DNA from: Macrostomum lignano
Taxonomy: Eukaryota
Length of the DNA stretch: 64,000 nt
Assembly (NCBI GenBank): GCA_002269645.1
Contig: NIVC01000391.1
Coordinates: forward strand, 496,001-560,000
Direction: 5' to 3'
The notes beneath the pieces were generated by a model, which was not told where the DNA came from, did no database searches, and saw only the letters and a list, made by a program, of their open reading frames with translations. Positions 30,966 through 55,100 of this stretch are shown here, one piece after another. The position numbers and the translations under genes were made by a program. Numbering within the stretch: the stretch's first letter is position 1; the number at the start of each line of letters is the position of its first letter.

Positions 30966-31777
30966 TCCATGAGAAATGCCCGCAGACGAATTTACCGCAG
31001 AGAATTGCCTGCCGAGATTTGCCCGCAGTGCAATTTGCCCGCGAGTGATCGAGTTGCCCGCCGAGTTTTTTCTCACCGAGGTTTGCCAAGGACAACTTAG
31101 TAGAAGGATTTTTCATGTTAAATTGGTCTGTCACTTGAAACAACGTTCAAAATGATGACAAGACCGATTTAACATGAAAAATCGATTAATGCGTCGTTAG
31201 AGCAGCATGTGAGGCACAAAATAGTGTGATTAACTTTCTCTGACACTGTTGAGAGACCCAAGCAGACCAGCATGCGCCGCGCCAACTTGTTGCTCTAGCG
31301 ACTCCGTCAGCGTCCAGGTCTCAACAGGTCCAGGTACAACAGGACGGTCTCGACCACCGCCTAGATTAACGCCGCCCTCTGGCGGTCGGGGAGGGTCTCA
31401 CAGAACGAAAGGCAGTCAAGGCAAGCCCACGACGACGACGCCGCAAATCCTCCGGCCGGACGCCGGGACCAGACCACATGCATGCAGTCCCATACTGTGT
31501 AACACCATAGAGTAAGTAATTTTTACTTAAATTGTATAGATGTAAGAAGTCAAAGACGACTTGCAGCAGTACATGTACAAGCCCATGTATGTAATATGTG
31601 AATGAGTGATTGTCGTTCTTAAAAATTAGAGAAGTATGTATTTCCTTCGCTAAACTTATTCACTCCCTGTCTCTATTTTTTAACAATGAGCAATTTAATT
31701 GGCATTTACTCTTATCCTTATTCTTATCGTCCATAATCAGTCCTACTATTAAAACGTACATGAAATATACATATACC

Positions 31778-32599
31778 CAGTGCTGGGCGTTAACTAGTTA
31801 ATTGTTTAACTAGTTAATTAACTAGTTAATTGTTTAACTAGTTAATTAACTAGTTAAATTTTTTTAAAAATCGTGAAATTTTCGTGAAATTTTTTATGTA
31901 TTAACTTTTACATTTAATTACAATTAATCGTTAATTTTTTTCTGTAAGTTAAAGTTAAATGACAAAATTAAGAATTCCGAGAAATGGAGTTCCCCGGGCT
32001 CAAAATCCGCGGGTTTCAACAGCTTGTATGCCATTAAAAAGTAAAGTTTATACATACATAAAATAACTTCGCCTTTCTAAGCATTATTTAACGCGTCACA
32101 AACTATTACATGTATATTATTTCTGCAGTTACAAGTTATAATGTATAGAATATTCCGGAAGATTCTGGAATCTTCAACTATTATCTATTGATATTCTACC
32201 CAAGGACTACTAGAAGTTATCGTTGTATACATGTAATGATCTTCTGCCTTTCCTGCTGCGCTGCTCCTTGATATTTCCTTGTCGCGTTGCACCATAGTGC
32301 GCCTTCCCGCGCCGCCGCACGACCTCCTGCGCTGCGTCGCGCCACCGCGCGCCGCGACCTGGCCACAGCCGCACCGCGCCGACCTGAAATTTAAAAAACG
32401 CGCCGGACGCATGTCCGGGAAAATGTAACTTTTTCCGTTAGGTAATTATTAACTTTAACTTTTAACTTTTCAAAAGTTAAATTTTTGGCAAAAGTTAAAT
32501 AATTAACTAGTTACAGTTAATTTTTTGGAGCAATTGAATTAGCTTTTTAAATTTTAACGAAATAAAAAAATGATTTAATTATTAACTTGCCCAGCACTG
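31778..32599. mobile_element. Non-autonomous hAT element (MITE)
   Basis: 11-bp TIR CAGTGCTGGGC/GCCCAGCACTG; perfect 8-bp TSD CATATACC (31770-31777, 32600-32607); subterminal TTAACTAG repeats. Confidence 0.9.
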
Positions 32600-33236
32600 C
32601 ATATACCCACACAAATACATATGTACATTTTGATATATGGAGTATAATGCATGTATGTATCCTGCAGTCAGCTGTACATGCACATGTTCGTATAAAAATT
32701 GCAATTTTAAGCCCACCGCTTTAATTAGAGTTGAAATTCAATTAAGGTTAAAGAACTTGTGAACAACTAACTTACGAGCCCTGAAAAGGAACTTACTGTA
32801 TGTAGTTTTTTTCTGTACGTTCATAATAAGCAATTTAGTCAGCATGTAGTTCCGGTTTTTTACCATTAAAACAAGTTCTGCAAAAAATTGTTATTGAAAG
32901 CTGTGCTATCGTGCGGATAATATTTAATTAATTTTATAAATTCTCTTTAAGCAAGTTTAAAGCTCAAAGATAAGAATATTTTATTATCATAGCTGGCGTA
33001 GTATGCTTTTTTAACGTTCCTAACTTCTCCGTTTTATGGTCCGACCGGGCGTAGCTTGGTTGGGTGTTAAACCAGTGGGGCGTGGCTCTTGTGCGTTGGT
33101 GCGGGGGGTGGTGGGCCGGGCCTTGGTCACGTGCCCGCGGCCTGGGTGGCGGTTTTTTAATGCGGTGCGGGCTGTCGCTGACCCGCCAAGCGCGTATTGA
33201 TTTACTGGATATTTATTGATTGGCTGGATTTTTGCA

Positions 33237-34354
33237 ATGGCTGACCGCGACAAACTTATGCACCTGAGCAAGGTGGCTCTGCAAGCCTTGTGTGCCCACG
33301 CTAACATAAGCAGTCGGGGCAACAAGGCCGACCTTGTCAGCGCCCTTCTCGCAGCCCCAGACCAGTCGTGGACAGATTCGCTGTTGCAGAACATGGAGCA
33401 ATCTGAGCAAGAAGCCGAAGCAGACGACAACATCAGTACGGAGGCGGCTCGGGAGTCGGCGGCGGGCCTGGACGAGGACATCGCGAAGGCGGAGAAGGAG
33501 ATCAGACTGTTGCAGCTACGCAAGGAAGCCGCTCAACTCAAGAGGGAGATCGGAGATCTGCAGCGCGAGTGTCCATCCACGCGTCCTATGAATCGCGGTG
33601 AGTGTGCCAAGCCTGCTGGCCCCAGTTACTTTCCTGATGGGTGTGATGATGCTGGATTAGACCAAGAAGATAATGGCAATGAGCTGCTTGACAGATTGTT
33701 GTCACAGAACAGGGCCAATGAACGGATGGAGTCTTCTGGTAGACGTAAGGCTCTCCTGGTTCGTGATTTCCTCGACGGCTTTGAGCAGGAAGAGGTGCTG
33801 GCTAATGGTTCTGGTGGCCGAATCACTTACAAGAGCAGAAAACCTAATCCAGATAGCATCACGGCAGCGCAGTATTTGGTAGGCAATTGCAGGCTGATGA
33901 TGCAGATGATCAAGGATGGTGCCCTGGTGACTAGTAGAAATGGAACTGCCGACACGACTGATTTGATGAATTACTTACGCTACTCAATACAGATTGGCGA
34001 GCTGTTTGACGGGGCTTCGGCCTGGCGCAGGTGAATCGTTTTGACGAGGACTACCGCACTAGGCAAGCTGAAACTGGCATGCGATGGGGCAAGGAGTCTT
34101 TCCAACTCGTTGCTAAGCACTTAATAAGAACTGGAACTCCAGCAAACCATGGAGTCAGCAAGTCATTGCCCCAGCCACGGCAGCAGCGTTTTCAAAAACC
34201 AATAGACCCCAAGAGCCTCAGAACGCCAGACGGGGAAGAGATCTGCTTGCACTTTAATCGCCGGGGGTGCTTCCGGTCGAGCTGCAAATTCCGGCACGTC
34301 TGCCGCATCTGTTTCGAGGCCCACCCTGAGGCCAACCATTCGACAAAAAACTGA
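33237..34354 (+). CDS. Ngaro ORF1 gag-like: SAP-like N-terminus, coiled coil, C-terminal CCCH/CxxC finger; 1-bp deletion near 34025
   Basis: LMHLSKVALQALCAHANISSRGNKADLVSALL; coiled coil LDEDIAKAEKEIRLLQLRKEAAQLKREIGDLQ; CLHFNRRGCFRSSCKFRHVCRIC..AHP. Adding one G (TGG GCG CAG GTG) joins the two track ORFs. Confidence 0.85.
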
Positions 34355-34362
34355 AGTCTGCG

Positions 34363-36174
34363 ATGCTCTGTTTTAATCCTAAAATTTTGCCTAATGCTCA
34401 GCCTGCTTTAAATTTTAACAATCCTGTCGTTGGCAGTGCAGGGGGTCGCCTGCGTTTTTGTTCGTGGGATTCTGAGCTTGAGAATGACCCTGATCGGAAT
34501 TTTATCCTAGACGGCATCGCAAATGGTTTTCGCATTACTGATGGCAAAGGGCTTTGTGAGACTTTTAATGCCAATTACATGTCTACTTCTACTTTTCATC
34601 GCGCTGTTGAGCTGCAAATTAAGGAAGAGATTGAGAATGGCAGGTATTTGATTGTGCCTAAGAAGCCTACGATGGTCAGCCCTCTGGGAGCAATTCCCAA
34701 GGATAACGGGAAGGCTCGACTTATTCATGACTGCAGCACGCCTCCGGGCTACTCGGTAAATGACAACTATACGAAGAAGCTGAGCCCCAGGTTTGAGTCC
34801 GTCAAGAAGGTTGCAGCCTCTATCGGCAAGGGCTGGTTCATGGCAAAGCTTGACTTGTCGCAAGCTTACAGAAGCGTGGCGATCCATCCGGATGATTACC
34901 AGGCGACCGGCATTGGTTGGCGTTTTAAAGGCAACCGTGATCTGACATGGCTTGTCGACACCCGGCTACCCTTTGGTAGCTGCGCCTCGGTCGAGATTTT
35001 CTACCGGCTTACTCAAGCGGTCAAGAGGATGATGGTGCGACGCGGCGTGGCCAATATTTCGGTTTACCTGGATGATTTTCTGGTTGCAGCCGAGAGCGAG
35101 AAAGAGTGTATGGATGCTCTGAAAGAGCTGATTAAGCTGGTTCGCCAGTTAGGTTTTGGTGTCAATTGGAATAAAGTGGTTGAACCTACGCAATGCTTGG
35201 TGTATCTCGGTGTGAAGATTGATACTGTCCGTGGAGTTCTTAGTGTGCCGGCGGAAAAGTGTGAGGAAATGCGCACCACACTGCTTAACTTTTCGCAGCG
35301 CAGGCGTCTCTCGAAACGACAGCTTTCGTCGCTTTGTGGCAAGCTCAGCTGGGTCGTCCAGGTGGTGCACGCTGGGAGTTGCTTCCTAAGACCCCTGTTC
35401 GACCTGCTTAATGCCCTGGAAAAGCCACATCACAAAGTGCGTGTGTCCGCTGACACTGTGCGTATTTTACTCTGGTGGCGAGGTGCCCTTCTGAAGCTGC
35501 CTGATTTTCAGCTTTGGAGAAGTTGCACAAACGGCTGGATCATCGAAACCGATGCAAGCAGTGCTGGTGGCGGAGCCATTTTGCGCAATGGTAGCGGTAT
35601 GGTGGATTGGCTGTACGTCAATTGGGATCTGGATGCTGGAGGAAAGTTTAAAGACAAGCATATCACGTACAAAGAAGCTATTGTTCCGCTGCTGGCTATG
35701 GTTCGCTGGGGTGCCTTTTTAAATGACAGTTCGGTCGTGGTCTACTCCGACTCTAGTGCGGCTGTTGGCATGATTAACAGAGGTTGCTGTCGGCAGCCTG
35801 AGTTGCAGCCGCTGTTCCAGACTGCCATGCTCATTGCTGTTAGGCATGGGGTTGAGGTGCGCGCTTTTCATGTGCCTGGCTGGTACCATGTCTTTGCGGA
35901 CCCGTGCTCTAGGCTGCACGCCGTGGACAAAATGCGCGATTTTTTATTTCGGGTGTATGGCTCTGTTGACTGCTGTTTTAACGAGATCGCTAGCCATGCT
36001 TTCTGCCCTGCTGCCTCCGTTTTTCTCATTTTACAGGCCCTCCGCGCCAGACTCCCGACCGCCTCAGCAAGCGTTGCGCATTTATCCTGGGCAATGCCTA
36101 CGCGCCCCGCACGAAGCGGAGTTACCGGTCGCAGCTCGCGTCTTGGCTGCGATTTTGCAATTCCCGGCACCTGA
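34363..36174 (+). CDS. Ngaro reverse transcriptase / RNase H
   Basis: KARLIHDCS, KLDLSQAYR, RLPFG, YLDDF, YLGVKID; RNase H motifs ETDAS, KEA, YSDS, ADPCSRL. Confidence 0.95.
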   Translation: MLCFNPKILPNAQPALNFNNPVVGSAGGRLRFCSWDSELENDPDRNFILDGIANGFRITDGKGLCETFNANYMSTSTFHRAVELQIKEEIENGRYLIVPKKPTMVSPLGAIPKDNGKARLIHDCSTPPGYSVNDNYTKKLSPRFESVKKVAASIGKGWFMAKLDLSQAYRSVAIHPDDYQATGIGWRFKGNRDLTWLVDTRLPFGSCASVEIFYRLTQAVKRMMVRRGVANISVYLDDFLVAAESEKECMDALKELIKLVRQLGFGVNWNKVVEPTQCLVYLGVKIDTVRGVLSVPAEKCEEMRTTLLNFSQRRRLSKRQLSSLCGKLSWVVQVVHAGSCFLRPLFDLLNALEKPHHKVRVSADTVRILLWWRGALLKLPDFQLWRSCTNGWIIETDASSAGGGAILRNGSGMVDWLYVNWDLDAGGKFKDKHITYKEAIVPLLAMVRWGAFLNDSSVVVYSDSSAAVGMINRGCCRQPELQPLFQTAMLIAVRHGVEVRAFHVPGWYHVFADPCSRLHAVDKMRDFLFRVYGSVDCCFNEIASHAFCPAASVFLILQALRARLPTASASVAHLSWAMPTRPARSGVTGRSSRLGCDFAIPGT

Positions 36175-37037
36175 CGCCGCTGCGGGCAGAGCCTGTGCAC
36201 GTGGCTGAATACCTGGCTGAGCTGTCCACCCGGCTGTCAGCCTTTCGGAGTTGCCAGGCGTATGCTAACGCGGTCTCGCTGTACTTCAGAGCTCTCGGCC
36301 GGCCGGACCCGTGCGAGTCGCCGATGGTTAAGCTGGTGCTTCGTGGTCTTCGCCGGTGTCTCAGTCGGCAGCAGCGCTCAAGGGAGCCATTCAGAGTCGC
36401 GGATCTCCTCAAGCTACACGCCCACCTGGACCAACGTCTGAAGAGTGACATCGCGTTCTGGGCAGCTGTTCTGGCAGCCTGGTGGGGTATGCTGCGAAAA
36501 GCGAATGTGACGACGCAATCGGGGCAGCTCGATCTGTGGTGCGACCTGGCAGCATCGAGCATCGTCTTTTCAGAGTACGACTGTGAGCTCACTGTGCGGC
36601 ATTCGAAGACCAACCAGTTTGGCGATCGAGTTCAGCGAGTGTTTCTTCCGAAACTGCCTGATGGAAGCTTGTGTGTCCTGTGTCCGTTCCGTGCGCTCGA
36701 GCGGCAGCTACGGACAAACCGAATCGGCCAGGCGCCGCGTCCGGTTCACCTGTTCTCCACGTGGTCGTCCGCGGGATGGTTGCCTCTGACGGCTAGCAGG
36801 TTTGATAGCCGGCTTCGTTCGCTCTGCACATCGGCGGGTTTGTCGCCACGCGAGTTCACTGGCCACGGGCTGCGGCGGGGCGGCGCTACGGCAGCCATGC
36901 AGCTCGGTGTTCCACTGCCGATGATCAAGAAGCTGGGCGACTGGAAGGGCAACTCAGTGTTTCGCTATCTATCTGTTCGGGACTCGGATGCCAGGGCGGC
37001 TGTGCATGGCTTGGCTCGTCGGGTTGGCGCGCTCTAA
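36037..37037 (+). CDS. Ngaro tyrosine recombinase (frame open from about 36037, overlapping RT; no initiator ATG)
   Basis: N-terminal NAYAPRTKRSYRSQLASWLRFC; catalytic GMLR, SKT, HGLRRGGATAA, LGDW...Y. Confidence 0.93.
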
Positions 37038-38646
37038 CTCTCTCTCTCTCTCTCTCTCTCTATGTCGAACTTTCTGGTTTGGGTTGGGCCAGGCTCGAAC
37101 CTGCGCCTCTCGTGCCAACTGCCTTGACTTCGTCTCACTGGTTTAATGGTCCGACCGGGCGTAGCTTGGTTGGGTGTTAAACCAGTGGGGCGTGGCTCTT
37201 GTGCGTTGGTGCGGGGGGTGGTGGGCCGGGCCTTGGTCACGTGCCCGCGGCCTGGGTGGCGGTTTTTTAATGCGGTGCGGGCTGTCGCTGACCCGCCAAG
37301 CGCGTATTGATTTTTTTTTCTCGCTTTTAAGTCTCCAAGGTTTTTATTTGGCTTTTAGTCCGGTAAATTAAAGTTAATAAATACGCTCGAATACTCGTAC
37401 AATAGGGCCAGGCTCGAACCTGCGCCTCTCGTGCCAACTGCCTTGACTTCGTCTCACTGGTTTAACTTAGTAAAATCCGATAAGCTGCGGCAAGCAGAAC
37501 CCATCGATCGACAGGTTTTATCAATTAAGATGACAAAATGACTAGGATCATTAGGATTCCAAGATATGTTTGATTGTTACATTAATTCACTTGAAGTTGG
37601 AACGAATATGATCGTTGGATGACGAAATGACTCTCTTCAGGTAGTGCATGTTATTTAAGATGACGAAGTGACCATAGTTGAGGTGAGCACCCCAGACACC
37701 CAGATGACGAAATGGCAGATGACGAAATGACTAGGAACCGTATGTTGTGAATGTGTTTTAAAAACTAAAATTCGTTAATATTAATTAAAAATTAACTACC
37801 TTACTTAGTCAAAGAATAAATAAAGTCAAAGTAAAAATATTAAATATTAATTACAAATTTGTACAGGCTTACTCTTCAGGTGATAAGCATTTTTACTTTA
37901 CCTTATTGATGAATAACGCGTAGTTATGAAATCGCCATACTATCTCGGAGTAATTGATCAGTGGAACCTTGTTACTTTGACCTCATGTATGCACAACATG
38001 TCTCACGACACTATCTATCATAAAATTTTTTATAGTATTGTTATTAATGTTTTATTCATGCTCTATAGCCCTATCTAGTCTCTGCTTCAAAATATGCAGC
38101 ATAAATCTTTTCCAATCTCCTAATTTTAATGCTACCTAGCTATAATCACAGTAAAAGAATAACATTTTTCTGCTTTGTATGAATCTCAAACAATTGAACT
38201 TTTAAAATATAGTAGTATCATAAAATAAAAAAATCATAGGTTTACTTGTTTTAAATTGCGTGAAGATTGCAGGTTAACAAGTATAGAAAGGATCATCTCT
38301 AATGAAAGTAAATTTAAATTTGTACATAGATGCATTTATATATTATGTGTAATTTCTACATAGCATTTGAAATGAACAATATTATACTTTGAAAAAAAAT
38401 ATAAACTGGTTAATAATAATACTTATAATTTCAAGTAATCAAAAAATTAAGTATTTTAATATTTCTGAATGGATGATTTTTGCATTCTGTTAAATATTTA
38501 ACAATAAAAATGGAGCAATCAGTTAATAATGCGTTAATTAACAAGCATTCAAAATGCTATAAAACAGGCATTAGGTGAAACACAGTTCAATTAAAATTTG
38601 CCATTTGAAAAGACGCTTGAGTCGCTCCCGCAACTTCAGCCCGCAC

Positions 38647-51426
<12,780 letters not shown>

Positions 51427-52117
51427 TGCGGTTCTTTTCTATCAAACAACTTTCTCGGAAATTGAAACTTAAATAAAAAAACTAACACATAATTACTTTA
51501 ATATGCTGTCAGGTTTCTTAAAGTACTCGTAAAAGTCGAAGAATTACCACATGGAAGATTTTAAGACTCATACAGAGAGGCAACAGCTGTGATAAGTTTT
51601 TAACAATAAATAAACTCTGTAATCCTAAAGCATGTATTTACTTTTCTCTCACCTGTAAAATATTTTAATTTAGATTCTTTGATTTTTAGATGTAGAGTTT
51701 ACTTTGTGTATTGATTATCAATATATATTTAACCGTTGAATATACGACCTGTCACTCATATTTGAACGGTGCGAGTACTTAACTAAACTGAGCTTGTTTT
51801 TAATTCGAAGTTGACAAGAATGACAAAGTGGATGGCTGAGCTGACAAAGTGGATGACTGAGCTGACAGAGGTCAGTAAATGTTACGAAAACCTATTTAAA
51901 AGTCTGATTCACAATGAGTGAAAAATTGTGACTTGAGCAGCGTGCCAGCGTGTCAGTAACGAGTTTTGAAATTTGCAGCAAACTTCTTGAGGTTAAATAT
52001 TGCCTCGAAAAAAGTTACGTAATACGTTTTGTTTATTATAGTCTGGGTTTAAAAGCATAAGTCCGCCAGTCAGATTGGCCAAGGAAGTTTAATTTTGATT
52101 TGAGCTCGCTAACTGCG

Positions 52118-55100
52118 ATGAGCAAAATATTTTGTAAAGAGGCTGTGCTGCTGCTGGCGCTTCATCTTGTCAGCGGATTGGTTCTGGCGAACTCTGTGAC
52201 TACAGAAGGAACAGCAGGTGAGATAGGGTTAATCAATTTTTAAAGAATGTCACTGGTTTATTGCTATTAGAGTGACCTTGGTATCCGTAGTGTGACACAA
52301 TGCTACCAAGAGTGACACAAAGCTACCAAGAGTGACATGATGCTACCAAAAGTGACATGATGCTACCAAGAGTGACATGATTGTACCAAGAGTGACATGA
52401 TGCTACCTTGACTTACTTGACTTAGCTGCAGGGGGCGTCCGGCGGATGCAGCGGGGAGGCGGAGAAGACCGCCCATTCCGCTAGCCCCTGGCGACCAATG
52501 ACTTCCGTTGAAGTGAAGTCGCTCAGGGGGACCCGTCGGTCTCGCCTGCAGCGCGGTCCTCCTCACCGACAGTGGGGAAGAAATTGGCTCGTCCCGTGTC
52601 CCTATAGTACCGGGCGAGCAGCGGGATGCTCTCGGGCCTGCAAACGTCGGAAAAAACCGGGTTTGGCCCGAGGTGAGTGAGCCTGGCCCTGGTGAAAACC
52701 GGGCAGTGGCAGATAAAATGCTCGGCGTTTTCACTGCCTGAGCGGCAGAAGGGGCACCGCTCCTCGGGTACCTGGCCCTGAAGGAAGCGGTGGCGAGAGA
52801 AGCAGCCATGCCCGGAGAGGGCCATGCTAACTGCTCTGAGGTCTCTGCGGTTGAGCCTGAGGAGGGCTCTACGCAGGAGAGGGGAGGGGCAGGGGACGGC
52901 CGCCCGGGATTGCCTACAATTCCGGGTGTCGTGCCACCTGCGGAGATGCTCGGAGTCAGTCCAACGCTTAACGCGGGAGTTGATCACCGAGGCGGGGATG
53001 GGGGCCCCCGGGCCCGGCCCCAGCAGCGCGCCGGCGGAGCCAGCCTTGGCCAGCAGGTCGGCGCGCTCGTTGCCGAGGAAGCCGGCGTGGCCCGGGATCC
53101 ATCTGAGCTCTACCTGGTTGCCTAGCGCAAGCCCGTTGAGCTGGGTGTTGCAGTCCAGGACGGACCTGGAGCTGGTGGTGCAGCGGCAGAGGGCCCGAAG
53201 GGCTGCTTGGCTGTCAGAGTGAAAGATAAGCTTCCGACCGCTAAGCTGCCTTCGGCGCAGTTCTGCCGCGCAGGAGCTGATGGCAAGCACCTCGCTCTGA
53301 AAAACACTGGAGTTGAGCCCAGTGTGCTGGGAGTAGCTCCACGCCACTTCTCCCTTGAAGAAGACGCACGCTCCGAAGCCTGAAAGACCATGCTTCATAG
53401 AGCCGTCAGTGTAACAGTGGACTTCAGAATCGCTCCAGCTGTCACTCGCCTCATGTCGAGGCTGAATAGTGACCTTATACCTTTGGCTCAGGAGAAGGGT
53501 GGCTGGGATCGAGTCCGTGAGGATGTTGAGCCCGCCACATTTTTCTAGAGCCTTGAGGCAGAGGTCAGAGTGCGGGATAAGCGACCGCTTCTTAAAGGCC
53601 CGCACTTTCTTGAAGGCCACCCCAGCATCCAGAAGACGCCGGGTGCTCTTCGCCGCCTCTCCTTTGATATAAATATCCAGAGGAGGGGTGCAGAGGAAGG
53701 CATTCATGCCTTCAAAAGGAGTAGAGGGTGGAGCGCCCATAGTCATGCGGCAGGCTCTGCCCTGGATTTTGTAGAGAGCGTCGAGGTTACTCTTGACGCC
53801 CAGACCGCTAGCCCACACGAGGCTGGCGTAACTGATCGAGGGGCGGATGATTGCAGTGTAAATCCACCACAGCTTCCTGGGGGTGAGCCCCCAGGTGGTG
53901 CCCACGGCGCGCCTGATCTGAGCCAGGACAGCCAGGGCTTTTTTGGCTTTAGTTTGAATGTGCGGAGTCCAGTTGAGCCTGTGGTCCAGAGTGAGGCCCA
54001 GGCAGCGGACCTGCTTCTCCATGGAAATGTTCTTTCCATAGAGGGTGAGGGGCTTAATGGTCCAGAGCAGTTTGTTGGTAAACATGACCGCTGTGGTTTT
54101 CGACTCTGAGAGTCTAAGGCCACATTGGTTTGCCCAACGCTCCGCTCGTCCCAGAAAGCCCTGCAGAAGATCTCTGATGGTGTCAACCGAGGGGCCCGCG
54201 CAGATCGCGGTCACGTCATCGGCATAGCCCACCTTGAGAATGGGGTCGTGGAGATCACTGCAAAGCAGCTCATCCATGACCATGTTCCAGAGAACGGGGG
54301 TGAGAACTCCGCCCTGGGGGCCCCCTTTTTGGACAGGCGCCGAAATAGAGCTGCCGTTCAGGTGGGCCACAACAGTGCGGTTCCGGATCATGAACATGAT
54401 CCACCGGACAAGGTGAGGGTGCGTGGCCCTGGATTCCAGGGCTCTGCAAAAGGCCTCGAAGATGACGTTGTCGAAGGCCCCCTCGATGTCCAGAAAAAGC
54501 GAGAGGGCAAAGCCGCTGCCAAGAACGGCCCTCTCCAGGAAGTCAACAATGACATGGAGGGCACTGTCGGTAGACCTGCCCGCGCGGAAGGCGTGCTGGT
54601 TCTGCGAGAGTGGGAAGCGCTTCAGCTCGACTGAAAGTAGGCGCCAGAGCACCAGTCTCTCGAGGAGCTTGAGGCAGAAAGAAGTGAGGCTGATAGGCCT
54701 GAAGGCCTTCACCGATTGGTAGTCGCTCTTTCCAGGCTTGGGGATAAAGACCACCCGGGCCTCTCTCCATGCAACTGGTACATAGCCCAGTTCCACACAA
54801 GCTCGAAGGAGACGACAGAGCAGGTCCAGAAAGCGGTGGTTTTTCACCGCCTCGTGCAAGAACGCTGGGTAGATGCCGTCGGGCCCAGGCGCCTTGAACG
54901 GGTTAAAGGACCTTGCCGCTCTAATAATGCGGTCTTTGGTGATTATAGACTTTGCTAGGCCTTGCCCTCCCACTGTGTGGTCAGGCGGGCCCTGCTGAGT
55001 CGGAGATTTAGGGAAGAAACTGTTGAGCATTAGCTCCAGAGTCTCTTCAGAGCTCCCTGTGACCGAGCCGTCAGGTCTCTTCACAACAGAGAGTTTAGAA

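Larger units (their letters stand above)
33036..37465 (+). mobile_element. Full-length Ngaro-type (DIRS order) tyrosine-recombinase retrotransposon with split direct repeats A1-ORFs-B1-A2-B2
   Basis: A1 33036-33203 matches A2 37146-37313; B1 37086-37146 matches B2 37405-37465; gag, RT/RNaseH and YR ORFs in between; no TSD. Confidence 0.95.

Noticed and set aside
34026-34036. CGCAG|GTGAAT as the donor for a gag-YR splice
   Set aside because: Phase (0 or 2) is incompatible with the phase-1 acceptor at 36037
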